A stretch of 64,000 nucleotides of DNA from an uncultured Candidatus Bathyarchaeia archaeon. GTDB lineage: Archaea; Thermoproteota; CALKCG01; B24. The notes beneath the pieces were generated by a model. That model did no database searches and was not told where the DNA came from. It worked only from the letters and a program-made list of their open reading frames with translations. Below, one piece after another: positions 28,334 to 38,509 of this stretch. The stretch is from positions 1,608-65,607 of the forward strand of contig CAZMSC010000003.1 of the NCBI GenBank assembly GCA_964568845.1. Reading direction: 5' to 3'. Positions within the stretch are counted from its first letter, which is position 1; every line of letters begins with the position of its first letter. A program made the position numbers and the translations under genes.

Positions 28334-30523
28334 GTGTCTTTGCGGATACCTGAAAGTGTAAGACCCGTCTATTTGGATCCAAGTCAACCAATTGATAAGA
28401 GAGTTGAAGACCTCCTCAGCAGGATGACAGTTGAAGAAAAAATTGGACAGTTATGCCAGTATAGCGGTTTTACGGGCGAATATGAGAAGATGATCATTGA
28501 AGGAAGGATTGGGTCTCTTCTAAACGTTTTCGGGGCTGAAGAAACCAATAGAATTCAGAAGATAGCTGTTGAGGAGACGAGGCTCGGCATACCTTTGATG
28601 TTCGGTTTAGATGTCTTACACGGTTATAAAACGATATTCCCAATACCTTTAGGATTGGCGAGCACGTGGGATCCAGACGCCGTCAAGAAAGCGGCTTCAA
28701 TATCAGCTGCCGAAGCTGCTGCTGGAGGGATTCATTGGACCTTCGCACCCATGGTTGATATTGCGAGAGACCCAAGGTGGGGTAGGATAGCTGAAGGAGC
28801 CGGTGAAGACCCACACCTGGGATCCGTCATGGCTAAAGCCCTCGTAGAGGGTTTTCAGGGAAGAGATTTTTCAGGTTTAAATAATATAGTTGCATGTCCG
28901 AAGCATTACGTGGCTTATGGTGGTGCTGAAGGAGGGAGAGACTACAATACTGTAGACGTATCTGAGCGGACGCTTAGAGAGGTATACCTGCCTCCTTTCA
29001 AAGCGGCTGTTAAAGCTGGCGCTGGAACGATAATGAGCGCGTTTAACGATTTAAACGGAATACCTGCTTCAGCCAACCCATTTACACTTAGAACGATCCT
29101 CCGCGGCGAGTGGGGCTTTGAAGGGTTTGTCGTAAGCGATTGGAATGCTATAGGCGAGCTCATAAACCATGGAGTGGCCGGAGACGTATTTGAAGCTGCG
29201 GAGAAGGCTTTGAAGGCCGGTGTAGATATGGATATGCAGGGAGATGTCTACCGTAGAGCTCTCCTCCAGCTAGTTAAAGACGGCAGGGTGTCTGAAGATA
29301 TGATAAATGAAGCAGTTGGACGTATACTTAAAATCAAATTTAGACTCGGTCTATTCGAACACCCGTATGTTGACGTAGAACGCGCAAAGCGCGTAGTAAA
29401 GTGTAGAGAGCATGTTGAAGCCGCTCTTGAAACAGCTAGAAAATCCATTGTCTTACTGAAGAACGATGGAGCTGTTCTACCGCTAAGTAGAAGTATAGAG
29501 TCTATCGCAGTCGTAGGTCCTTTAGCCGATGATAAAGAGGCGCCACTAGGACCATGGTCTTGCTTAGGCGACCCGAGGGACGTTGTTACGGTACTCGAAG
29601 GGATTAAAAGTAGGGTTTCATCTGAAACCAGAATCCTATATGCTAAGGGCTGTGACGTAGACGGCGCATCTACCGAAGGCTTTAAAGAAGCCGTCGAAGC
29701 GGCTAAGAAGTGTAAAGTGGCGATCGTAGTCGTCGGTGAGAGTAGAGATATGAGCGGTGAAGCGGCCTGTAGAGCCTTTCTAAACCTCCCCGGGGTTCAA
29801 GAGGAGCTTGTTAAAGCAGTATACGAGACAGGAGTCCCAACAGTTGAGGTTTTGATGAACGGTAGACCCTTATCGATACCGTGGTCTGCTGAACACATAC
29901 CCGCCATTGTGGAGGCATGGTTCCCAGGTATTCAAGCAGGCTACGCTATAGCAGATGTACTCTTCGGAAACTATAACCCCGGTGGTAAGCTTCCGGTGAC
30001 GTTTCCACGAACCGTTGGGCAAGTACCCATATACTACAACCATAAGAACACTGGAAGGCCTCCATCCTCAGATAGATGGACGTCGAAGTACTTAGATATC
30101 CCATACACACCGCTTTTCCCATTTGGACACGGCTTAAGCTATACAAAGTTCGAATACAGCGAATTGGATATTTCACCAAGAGAAGTGACGTCTAAGGATG
30201 CTGTTAAAATCAAACTTAAGGTGAAGAATGTCGGTCACCGTGAAGGTGATGAAGTTGTACAACTGTATATAAGCGATCCTGTTGCAAGCGTAACTAGACC
30301 AGTTAAAGAACTTAAAGGGTTTAAACGCATCACGTTAAAACCCGGCGAAGAAAGAACCGCAGAATTCACGTTAACACTGGAGATGCTGTCGTTTCTAAAC
30401 CATGAGATGAAGCGCGTCGTAGAACCGGGACTGTTCAAAGTCATGGTTGGCTCCTCTTCAGAAGACATACGGCTAACTGGAACATTTACCGTTAAGAACT
30501 CAGTAGAGTTTCCTTGGAAGTGA
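28334..30523 (+). CDS. GH3 beta-glucosidase (BglX-like)
   Basis: DVLHG, RDPRWGR..EG.GEDP, KHY, nucleophile SDW, GE....GEA, C-terminal Fn3-like domain. Confidence 0.93.
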   Translation: MSLRIPESVRPVYLDPSQPIDKRVEDLLSRMTVEEKIGQLCQYSGFTGEYEKMIIEGRIGSLLNVFGAEETNRIQKIAVEETRLGIPLMFGLDVLHGYKTIFPIPLGLASTWDPDAVKKAASISAAEAAAGGIHWTFAPMVDIARDPRWGRIAEGAGEDPHLGSVMAKALVEGFQGRDFSGLNNIVACPKHYVAYGGAEGGRDYNTVDVSERTLREVYLPPFKAAVKAGAGTIMSAFNDLNGIPASANPFTLRTILRGEWGFEGFVVSDWNAIGELINHGVAGDVFEAAEKALKAGVDMDMQGDVYRRALLQLVKDGRVSEDMINEAVGRILKIKFRLGLFEHPYVDVERAKRVVKCREHVEAALETARKSIVLLKNDGAVLPLSRSIESIAVVGPLADDKEAPLGPWSCLGDPRDVVTVLEGIKSRVSSETRILYAKGCDVDGASTEGFKEAVEAAKKCKVAIVVVGESRDMSGEAACRAFLNLPGVQEELVKAVYETGVPTVEVLMNGRPLSIPWSAEHIPAIVEAWFPGIQAGYAIADVLFGNYNPGGKLPVTFPRTVGQVPIYYNHKNTGRPPSSDRWTSKYLDIPYTPLFPFGHGLSYTKFEYSELDISPREVTSKDAVKIKLKVKNVGHREGDEVVQLYISDPVASVTRPVKELKGFKRITLKPGEERTAEFTLTLEMLSFLNHEMKRVVEPGLFKVMVGSSSEDIRLTGTFTVKNSVEFPWK

Positions 30524-30547
30524 GGAAAGCGTAGATTGATGGTGTAG

Positions 30548-30622
30548 TGCGGCTGGCGGGATTTGAACCCGCGATCTGGGGCTTGGGGGGCCCCAATCCT
30601 AACCAGACTAGACCACAGCCGC
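30548..30622 (-). tRNA. tRNA-Gly(CCC), with C at position 33
   Basis: Reverse complement GCGGCTG...CAGCCGC-A; anticodon arm GGGGC CC-CCC-AA GCCCC; GCGGG TTCAAAT CCCGC. Confidence 0.9.
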
Positions 30623-30714
30623 AACCTCTACTAAGTTTAGAATAGAAGGAGAGGTTTATTAATTTTTAACTCTTAAGCTTAAGGCGTTCCTCTAGTCTTT
30701 TAACGATCAGTTAA

Positions 30715-31236
30715 TCAAAGTGTCAGACGTATAAGGGGGAAGTTGTCTTTCTGACGTAAAATTTTAAAGCCATGTCTCAGGTAGAAGGCTAATGGACCAG
30801 ACGGGTTGTTTTCAGAGTCTGTCCGCGCGAAGGTTTCCACGGCTTTAAAGCCTCTCTTGCTGATTTCTTTTAAGAGCTCTTCAAGCATGACTGTTCCACG
30901 TCCTTTCCTCCGCTGGTCTTTCTCCGTTATGTAGAGACATGCGATGAATACGGCGTCTTCACTTGGAGGACCTGAAACATAGCTATTTACACGTGGAAAA
31001 TACTTTGCTGGTGCATACTGCATAAAACCTATCGCAACACCATTAAGACAGGCTATTTTAACGCAGTTTCCAAAAGCCTTCTCTACGACGCTGAGCCATC
31101 TTAGCTTCTCTTTTTCCACATGATTTTTAGACGCCTCATGTTGTAATTCGCCGTTCGTCTGCCAGTAGAGGCAGAACCTGCACGACGCAGGAACAGCTGG
31201 AAAGTTATGAATACTGATATTTTCAAAACTTAACAA
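30715..31236 (-). CDS. GNAT N-acetyltransferase
   Basis: CxxCLYW, GF.QYAP, IACLYI, acetyl-CoA motif QRRKGRG, FY.RHGF. Confidence 0.85.
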   Translation of the reverse strand: MLSFENISIHNFPAVPASCRFCLYWQTNGELQHEASKNHVEKEKLRWLSVVEKAFGNCVKIACLNGVAIGFMQYAPAKYFPRVNSYVSGPPSEDAVFIACLYITEKDQRRKGRGTVMLEELLKEISKRGFKAVETFARTDSENNPSGPLAFYLRHGFKILRQKDNFPLIRLTL

Positions 31237-31296
31237 GTTCTCACATTCTCATGCTCTATGTATTTATGCTTTACGACTTAAGTTTAAGAACCATTT

Positions 31297-32805
31297 CTAA
31301 GATCTCTCCATAGCCATTTTCCCCACAATCTCCATAGCGTTTTTCAGACTTTTTTCAACCCCTGCTTCCCTATCTTCTAAACGCTTGATCTCGTTTTCCA
31401 ACATCTTTAACGTATTCTCTCTATATTCGAGAGCTTCTTTAACTATACTTGGACTGGGGCCTCCTATAACCCTCCTAACATCCACGAACTTTTCTGGGTC
31501 TAATGCATTCTTAACTTCTTCATCTGTCAATTCTAATGGCTTACCGTAGACTTTCATTGAAACCTCGTTCAGAAGCCTACTGTCTATTTCATCCGGTTTA
31601 AGCCTTCTTTTTAGAGCTTCAAGCACCAATGCTCCAACTACCGTATGTGCAGTTCTAAAGGCCAACCCCTTTTTCCTCACCAGGAGGTCTGCAAGCTCTG
31701 TTGCTGTTGAAAAGCCTTCGAGTACACTTTTCCTCATAACTTCCCTATTGAATACGGCCTTCTCCAAGGCTCCAGATATTATTTTAAGCATGTATTTAAC
31801 GGTTTCAATGGAATCCCACAGTCTTGGAGTAACCTCCTGCATATCTCTATTGTAGGTTAGAGGTAGGGCTTTAAGCATGGTTAAAGCCCCCATGAGGTTT
31901 CCGTAGATTCTACCGGCTTTAGCTCTAGTTATCTCCATCGTATCCGGGTTCTTCTTCTGAGGCATTATGCTACTAGTTGACGAGTATTCATCTGGAAGCT
32001 CTACAAATTTAAACTCCGAACTACTCCATAAGACTAACTCCTCAGCTATACGGCTTAAATTCGTCGCCAATATAGCTATGCTGGATAGTGCTTCAAGAAT
32101 GAAATCTCTGCTCGCAACAGCATCCATAGAGTTTTCAACGAGCCCATCGAAGCCTAGAAGCTCAGCAGTCCTAAAACGGTTTATTGGAAAACCCGTCGTA
32201 GCTAGAGCGCATGCACCGAGGGGTGACCTGTTAACCCTCTTATAGACGTCTAGCAACCTCTCAAAGTCTCTGGTGAGGGCATCAAAGTGGGCCGTGAGGT
32301 GGTGGGCTAGGGTAACTGGTTGAGCATGCTGAGTGTGCGTATAGCCCGGCATAATCGTATTCAATTCTTCCAGGCTCCTGGTGTGTAATACTCTCAACAG
32401 GTTTAAAAGCTCTTTAAGTATTTCTACAACTTGGCTTCTAACAGTCAACCTTAGACACGTTGCAACCTCATCGTTTCTAGACCTGGCTGTATGCATTCTA
32501 CCTCCGACGCTTTCACCGAGCTTCTCTATAACTCTAGATTCTATAGCCACGTGGATGTCTTCAAATGGACCCTTTACAAGCTCTTCATAGCCTAGACGCT
32601 CGATTTCCTCAAGCGCTTTGAGGATCGCTAAACCCTCTTCAGGTTTAATCACACCCTGTTCAGCAAGCATTATTACGTGGGCTTTATCAACCATTACGTC
32701 CGATTTGAATAGCCATCTATCTGCCTCAAGAGAGCTCGTATAGGCATCTACTTCCGGAGGTTTAAGTCCTTTTAACCGTCCTCTTCTTAAGATGTCTTGA
32801 CTCAT
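31297..32805 (-). CDS. argH: Argininosuccinate lyase
   Basis: EDIH..IE, HTARSRND, PGYTH.QHAQP, SSIMPQKKNPD. Confidence 0.96.
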   Translation of the reverse strand: MSQDILRRGRLKGLKPPEVDAYTSSLEADRWLFKSDVMVDKAHVIMLAEQGVIKPEEGLAILKALEEIERLGYEELVKGPFEDIHVAIESRVIEKLGESVGGRMHTARSRNDEVATCLRLTVRSQVVEILKELLNLLRVLHTRSLEELNTIMPGYTHTQHAQPVTLAHHLTAHFDALTRDFERLLDVYKRVNRSPLGACALATTGFPINRFRTAELLGFDGLVENSMDAVASRDFILEALSSIAILATNLSRIAEELVLWSSSEFKFVELPDEYSSTSSIMPQKKNPDTMEITRAKAGRIYGNLMGALTMLKALPLTYNRDMQEVTPRLWDSIETVKYMLKIISGALEKAVFNREVMRKSVLEGFSTATELADLLVRKKGLAFRTAHTVVGALVLEALKRRLKPDEIDSRLLNEVSMKVYGKPLELTDEEVKNALDPEKFVDVRRVIGGPSPSIVKEALEYRENTLKMLENEIKRLEDREAGVEKSLKNAMEIVGKMAMERS

Positions 32806-32959
32806 CAGAATCTATTCAGCATACTCTGCCGTTTATAAATAATAGCTTCAAGCTCAGTTTAAAAAACATTGGAGAACGTTGGCCTAGCCAAATGTATTTT
32901 CCACACTCTTTATATCGAAACTTTTATATTCTTCTTTCTCAAAGAAGAGAGAGGGCTTT

Positions 32960-34165
32960 TTGGAGTTAAAACCTCCTGCAAGATATGATGGAGAAACGGT
33001 GGTTTCAGCGTACAGCGGCGGTCTCGATTCAACGCTCGTAACAATACTTTTAAAAGAAGTCTACGGTTTTAAAGAAGTCATACCAGTGCTTGTAGACGTA
33101 GGTCAAGGCGGAGAAGAAATTCAAGTGGCTTTTGAGAGAGCTGAGAAGCTTAACCTAAACCCGATATTCTTCGACGCTAAAGAAGAATTTGTAAAAGAGT
33201 ACGTTTTCAAGTGTATTAAGGCTAATGGAAGCTACGAGGGATACCCAATAGGCACTTCTATGAGCAGGGTTCTCATAGCTTCAAAATGCATAGAAGTCGC
33301 GAAGAAGTACGGCGCCAAGTATATGGCTCACGGATGTACCGGTAAGGGTAACGATCAGTTCAGAATGGAGATAACGGCTAAGTACTTAAACCCTGATATA
33401 TCGGTAGTGGCGCCTGTTAGAGAGCTTAACCTCACAAGAGCAGTAGAAGAAGAGTATCTTAAGAAGTATGGGATAACGCCTAAGCCTAGGAAGGGGAAGC
33501 TCGGCGGCGATATAAACTTATGGAGCCACTCGATAGGGAGTGGACAGGTTGAGGACTTAGAGTCCCAGTATCCTGAAGATTACATATGGACTGTTCCACC
33601 CGAGGAGGCCCCAGAAAAGCCTAGAGAAGTCGTTATAGAGTTTAAGGGCGGAGTCCCAGTTAGAGTGGATGACATTAAAGACCCAGTTGAAATAATACTA
33701 TACCTTAACAGGGTCGGCGGAGAAAACGGCGTTGGACGTATAGATATACTTGAAGATGGAATGATAGGTTTAAAGTCTAGAGAACTTTATGAGGCTCCAG
33801 CCGCTACGATACTCCTTAAGACGCACCTAGACTTGGAGCATTTAACTTTGACTAAAGAGGAGCTTAGAACCAAGCGTGAAGTTGATAGGCTTTGGGCTGA
33901 CATGGTTTACCACGCCATGTGGTATCATCCTCTTAGAAGAGACTTAGATGCTTTCATAGACTCATGTGAGCGATACGTTAACGGCACCGTTTGGGTTAAG
34001 CTCTACAAGGGTAACGTAGACATCATCAAACGTGAGTCACCATACTCACTGTTCTCACCGGAGATGAGGAGCCTTAAAAGAGCCGGCTTCGACCAGAGGG
34101 ATTCAACTGGAGCTGTTAGAATAGCCTCACTTCTATACCAATTGCTCGGTAAACTCGACAGGTAA
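32960..34165 (+). CDS. argG: Argininosuccinate synthase
   Basis: AYSGGLDS, HGCTGKGNDQ.R, G.KSRE.YEAP. Confidence 0.95.
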   Translation: MELKPPARYDGETVVSAYSGGLDSTLVTILLKEVYGFKEVIPVLVDVGQGGEEIQVAFERAEKLNLNPIFFDAKEEFVKEYVFKCIKANGSYEGYPIGTSMSRVLIASKCIEVAKKYGAKYMAHGCTGKGNDQFRMEITAKYLNPDISVVAPVRELNLTRAVEEEYLKKYGITPKPRKGKLGGDINLWSHSIGSGQVEDLESQYPEDYIWTVPPEEAPEKPREVVIEFKGGVPVRVDDIKDPVEIILYLNRVGGENGVGRIDILEDGMIGLKSRELYEAPAATILLKTHLDLEHLTLTKEELRTKREVDRLWADMVYHAMWYHPLRRDLDAFIDSCERYVNGTVWVKLYKGNVDIIKRESPYSLFSPEMRSLKRAGFDQRDSTGAVRIASLLYQLLGKLDR

Positions 34166-34217
34166 AATACTCCCATTTATTTTTTAGCAAATTTTAAGTC
34201 TCTAATCTTATAGAGAC

Positions 34218-35477
34218 TTGCTTGAATTGATTAAACTGTTCTTTTACGGTGGTGTTGGAGGAGTCATAGGTGGAAATCAAATCCTGCTAGAGGACGGATC
34301 TACTAGGATACTCCTCGACTACGGGTTGAACTATTCACTTTGGAGAGACTACTTTGAATACGTGTTTGCAGAGCCTGGGAGCGTGAAGGAGCTTGAAATG
34401 GTGGGGCTTATCCCACAGGTGGAGGTTTTAAGAGGTTTAGACGCGTGCTTCATAACGCACCCCCACGGTGACCACTACGGTATGATGACAACTCTACCCG
34501 ATGAAAACGTCCAAGTATACACTGGTGAAGTTTCACGGCGTATAATAGAGTCTAAGCTTAAGACGCGGCGTAAGAGGAGGTTTGAGAAGATTGAACACTT
34601 GGATTTTAAAGCCGTACATTCGGGCTATAGGGTGAACGTAGGCTCTATAACCGTGGAGTTTCAAGCAGTAGACCACAGTATTCCGGGATCCTACTCTCTA
34701 ATAGTTGAAACGTCCTCCGGCTCGTTGCTGTACATGGGGGATTTTAGAACACACGGGGTTTTTAAACCCAAGGTTGACGTTTTCAAATTGGCTTTAGACC
34801 GACAGGTTAAAGCGGTCATCTGCGAAGGCACGAATGTAGGCCAGCTCTGCTCACCATTGTCGGAGAAGGATGTTGAAAACGGCATGGTGAGGATCCTATC
34901 TGAATGCAACAGTCTAGCGATAGTTGACATGTCTCCGGGAGATGTAGATAGGTTGAGGACTGTATGTAAAGTCGCCTCTACTTTAAACAGAAACATGGTT
35001 GTTACTAAACGCCATAGAGCCGTTCTAGAAGCCCTACAGGGAGTTGAGGGTTTAAATGCTCCAGAAGTCGGCAAGGATGTTTTAGACTATGAGGATGCTG
35101 GTGAAGAGCTACGTAAGAGGCCTTCAGAGTACATTCTATGCACTTCATTCTACAATCTTAGAGAAGTTGTAGACCTGTCTCCTCCCCCCGGAAGCATATA
35201 CGTGTTGAGTTCTTCTGAGCCGTTTGAAGAGGAGACTTTCATAGCCTTCAAAAGACTACAGAACTGGCTCAACCTACTGGGCGCAGAAGCCTACCATATA
35301 CATTCTTCAGGCCACGCATATCCATGGGAGCTCAGAAGAGGCTTGATGACGCTTAGAGAGCTACCTGGATTAAAACTATTCCCCGTACATACGGAATACC
35401 CTGAAGCCTTTAGAAGCATGTTTAACAGGTTTTTCGAAGTTATCGTACCGATCAGAGGGGCTTGCTACGCGATCTAG
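34218..35477 (+). CDS. Metallo-beta-lactamase/beta-CASP hydrolase (RNase J-like)
   Basis: GGVG..IGGN, THPHGDH, VDHSIPGS, GDFR.HG, EGTN, HSSGHA, PVHTE. Confidence 0.88.
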   Translation: MLELIKLFFYGGVGGVIGGNQILLEDGSTRILLDYGLNYSLWRDYFEYVFAEPGSVKELEMVGLIPQVEVLRGLDACFITHPHGDHYGMMTTLPDENVQVYTGEVSRRIIESKLKTRRKRRFEKIEHLDFKAVHSGYRVNVGSITVEFQAVDHSIPGSYSLIVETSSGSLLYMGDFRTHGVFKPKVDVFKLALDRQVKAVICEGTNVGQLCSPLSEKDVENGMVRILSECNSLAIVDMSPGDVDRLRTVCKVASTLNRNMVVTKRHRAVLEALQGVEGLNAPEVGKDVLDYEDAGEELRKRPSEYILCTSFYNLREVVDLSPPPGSIYVLSSSEPFEEETFIAFKRLQNWLNLLGAEAYHIHSSGHAYPWELRRGLMTLRELPGLKLFPVHTEYPEAFRSMFNRFFEVIVPIRGACYAI

Positions 35478-36117
35478 AGAGAAGCTCTACCAGTTTAGAG
35501 ACAGTGTTTGAAAGGCTTCCAAATACGACTATGTCCGCGTTTTCAGCAACATCTTTAGATTTAGGGTTGAAGGCTATACTCAGCCCTACGACTTTAAAGA
35601 GGCTTATGTTCGACTCATCGTCTCCGACGGCTATGCACTCTTCTCTTCCAACTCCAAACCTACGTATAACGTTATCGAGCACCTTATCTTTCTCACCATG
35701 AGCTACTGTAACATCCACTTCACCAGTTAACAACCCGTTTCTAACTATGAGCCTATTCGCTTCTGCAAAATCCAAATCGAGGTCTAACATCGCTTTATCA
35801 GCTAAAACCGATAAACCAGCACTTATGACGCCCACTTTACAGCCTGATCTCTTAAACCAGTTGACGGTTTCATAAGCATCTTCAACATACCCTATCTCTG
35901 AGGTAAGCTCTTCGATCAGTTTAAACGGCACACCCCTCCACAGCGACACGTCTAAACGGGCCCAAGTCGCATAGTCCACTTCACCTCTGTAGAACATTTC
36001 AGCGTACAGCTTGGCTTTACCCCAAGTGCCCAATTTCACGTGTAGAAAACGCCATACACTGTCTACGTTTACCAGAGTCCCATCCAAGTCGAAAACGACG
36101 AGCTTGAAACGATCCAT
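35452..36117 (-). CDS. HAD IB phosphatase (phosphoserine-phosphatase-like)
   Basis: FDLDGTL, ISAG, K, VGD. Confidence 0.85.
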   Translation of the reverse strand: MDRFKLVVFDLDGTLVNVDSVWRFLHVKLGTWGKAKLYAEMFYRGEVDYATWARLDVSLWRGVPFKLIEELTSEIGYVEDAYETVNWFKRSGCKVGVISAGLSVLADKAMLDLDLDFAEANRLIVRNGLLTGEVDVTVAHGEKDKVLDNVIRRFGVGREECIAVGDDESNISLFKVVGLSIAFNPKSKDVAENADIVVFGSLSNTVSKLVELLSRSRSKPL

Positions 36118-36188
36118 ACCCGTATATTAACTACCCACCGACAGTTTAAACTTTTCCCAAGAAAAGTTTAAACGTCGAAAACAGTTGC

Positions 36189-36500
36189 CTACACGCATTT
36201 TCTGAACAGCACCATTCCGTTAAATGCAGTCACATATTCGAACCCTGCTCCTATGAGCTTTAAAGCCTCCTCTATAGATGAAGCCATCTTAGCATAGAAT
36301 CCGCCGTCCTCGTATTGAAAAAACGCCCTCTCCATGTTCATGCAAACCATCGCGCCCCGTATGTTCCATATCCAAACATTTCTTTGACATCTATAATCCC
36401 AATCTCATGACACCCCACCGCCTCCCAATACCCAACTACCAGGCATCCCTTATCTTCAGAAGCCTTGGGTCGTTGAAGCCTGCAACAGCACTCAAAGACC
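36189..36500 (-). pseudogene. Decayed tyrosine recombinase/integrase, C-terminal part
   Basis: Frameshifted segments LQ/PRLLKI ... YWEA...IIDVKEMFGYG/IRGAMVCMNMERAFFQYEDGGFYAKMASSIEEALKLIGAGFEYVTAFNGMVLFRK* match the LQNPRL..I..RHW.A...V..LLGH....T..Y...EEA..LIE.GFEYV....G..LFRK tail of archaeal integrases. Confidence 0.7.
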
Positions 36501-36550
36501 CATCTATTATCCATCCCAGCTACTACGGTTGAAATATTCTTCATGGAAAC

Positions 36551-36620
36551 CACTACGGTAGTGATCACCCGGATTTCCGCAGCGGAAATATTTTCTCCGC
36601 AGATTTCAGCAGCGGAAATC
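36551..36620. repeat. Cluster of palindromes, including two directly repeated ATTTCCGC-A-GCGGAAAT units
   Basis: CACTAC-G-GTAGTG 36551-36563; GATTTCCGCAGCGGAAAT 36572-36589; GATTTCAGCAGCGGAAAT from 36602 (30-bp period). Confidence 0.85.
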
Positions 36621-36810
36621 TCAACGCCTCCACCCCCTCAAATCATCCGTCATGATGCCGCTTTTAAGCTACAACATAAACCGACTCCCAGCCTCAGGCA
36701 AAACACACCATAACCACTCTAAAGGAGAAAAATAAAACAGGAATTAAATGCGACGAAAACCCCTTTCTCTAAGCTTTTCCGAGAAAAAAGGTTATATAAC
36801 TGTTTTCTAG

Positions 36811-37305
36811 ATGAAACTTTCCGGTTTAACATTGACTCCGAAAAAGTTCTTTGTCACAGCAGGTAGAGGTTTAAGTAAAGTATCTAAGCTTAACGCCTTC
36901 GACAGGGCTTTAATAGACGCAGGTATTGGAAATTGCAACCTAGTACCAGTAAGCTCTATTCTACCTGGTGGAGCTGAAGAGTGCGGATTATGCGATATCC
37001 CAGCTGGGTCTATAGTTTTCGTCGTTATGGCTAAGATGGATGGGTCTGAGGGTGAAACGTTGGGCGCGGGAATAGCATGGGCCTGGGAGGAGAACGGAAG
37101 ATTCGGCATAGTCGTTGAAGCCCACGATAATATGGATCATGAGAGGCTTAAAACAGCTTTAAACGATAGGCTTAACGAAATGGCCGTCATGAGAGGCATC
37201 AAACTTAAAAACGTTAAGTATAGAGTTGAAAGCTTAAACGTTCCCAAGGGGTTTTACGGCTCAGTCGTAGCGGCTTTAGTATTCCTCCCCCAGAACATGA
37301 CATAG
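36811..37305 (+). CDS. pdaD: Pyruvoyl-dependent arginine decarboxylase
   Basis: PKKFF.T.G.G, LNAFD.AL..AGI..CNLVPVSSILP self-cleavage site. Confidence 0.92.
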   Translation: MKLSGLTLTPKKFFVTAGRGLSKVSKLNAFDRALIDAGIGNCNLVPVSSILPGGAEECGLCDIPAGSIVFVVMAKMDGSEGETLGAGIAWAWEENGRFGIVVEAHDNMDHERLKTALNDRLNEMAVMRGIKLKNVKYRVESLNVPKGFYGSVVAALVFLPQNMT

Positions 37306-37420
37306 TAGGATTGCATGGCCGTTTATGGATGTATGCGGCTCCCCCCATTATTTCACAAAGACTTCCCCATCGAGCTTTAGGATAAATCTATTAAACTGCT
37401 GATTAAGATTTCAATGTTAA

Positions 37421-38509
37421 GTGGGCGTTGTGTTTAAACGGAGAATCCTACTAGTTATACTTATAGCTTTCTCAACAACAACTTTAATATCGACCCTCAT
37501 GCTCCTAAGAGACCCGCTTATACTGCACCCCGAGCTCAGAGGCATTAAGAAGCCAACGCTGAACTTAGAGCATATTCCAAAACTCGTACTCGCATTCTAC
37601 TACCCATGGTACGGTACACCCGAGGGGCCTACGGGATTTTGGAGACACTGGGATGAAGGTGGACATAACCCCGACTTGTTTCTAGATGGTAGGAGAGACT
37701 TAGGTGCAACCGACTACCCTATTAATGGACCCTACGATTCTAAAGATGAACATGTTATAGCCTGGCACTTCAAGCTTGCAGAAGAGGCCGGCATAGACGG
37801 TTTCATAGTTAGCTGGTGGGGTTTTGAAACGTTTGAAGATGAGGTTTTCCGCATAATGTTGAAGGCCGCCGAGGAAGCTAATACCTCCGTAAAATTGACC
37901 GTATACTATGAGATTATCCACGGAGGTAGAGATGAAGCCGTTAAAGATATTGAGCGGATCCTCCGAGATTACGGAAGCCAAGAAGCCTTCCTCAAAGTTC
38001 AAGAGCACCCTGTGGTCTTCATATACTCTAGAGCCCTACACCAGTTAAGTTATAGGGATTGGGATTACGTGATCAGAAAAGTACGTTACGATGGGTTTAA
38101 AGTCCTACTAATAGCCGATAGTTTCGACGAAGATGCGGCTGAAGTATTCGATGGATTGCACACGTACAACCCAGTTGGAATACTACATGGAGGTGGAAAC
38201 TTGAAAGACGTATACTTTAACGCTAAGACCGTAGCCGATAAGTATGGTGTCATATTCTCAGCCACAGCATTACCGGGATACGATGATACCCATATAAGAC
38301 AGCCTGGACTCACATACCCCCGGAGGGGCGGCGACACCTACAGGGAGACTTGGGAGGCCGTTTACGAATCTAACGCGAATTGGGCGCTTATATGCTCATG
38401 GAATGAGTGGCATGAAGGCAGTGAAGTAGAGCCGAGTTTAGAGTATGGAGGATTATACTTGAATATTACGGCTGAGAACGCGGGGAGGTTTAAAGGCTCC
38501 TCTGATTAG
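37421..38509 (+). CDS. GH99-like endo-alpha-mannosidase/glucanase, membrane-anchored
   Basis: N-terminal TM, AFYYPWYG, GIDGF..SWW, catalytic SWNEWHEGS..EP. Confidence 0.85.
   Translation: MGVVFKRRILLVILIAFSTTTLISTLMLLRDPLILHPELRGIKKPTLNLEHIPKLVLAFYYPWYGTPEGPTGFWRHWDEGGHNPDLFLDGRRDLGATDYPINGPYDSKDEHVIAWHFKLAEEAGIDGFIVSWWGFETFEDEVFRIMLKAAEEANTSVKLTVYYEIIHGGRDEAVKDIERILRDYGSQEAFLKVQEHPVVFIYSRALHQLSYRDWDYVIRKVRYDGFKVLLIADSFDEDAAEVFDGLHTYNPVGILHGGGNLKDVYFNAKTVADKYGVIFSATALPGYDDTHIRQPGLTYPRRGGDTYRETWEAVYESNANWALICSWNEWHEGSEVEPSLEYGGLYLNITAENAGRFKGSSD

Noticed and set aside
10692..30622. Intact integrated element bounded by tRNA 3' duplications (attL/attR)
   Set aside because: No second copy of the 3' end of tRNA-Leu, -Val or -Gly was found in the window, and there is no intact integrase.
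36338..36568. 76-aa ORF as an independent gene
   Set aside because: Better explained as one frame of the frameshifted integrase remnant.
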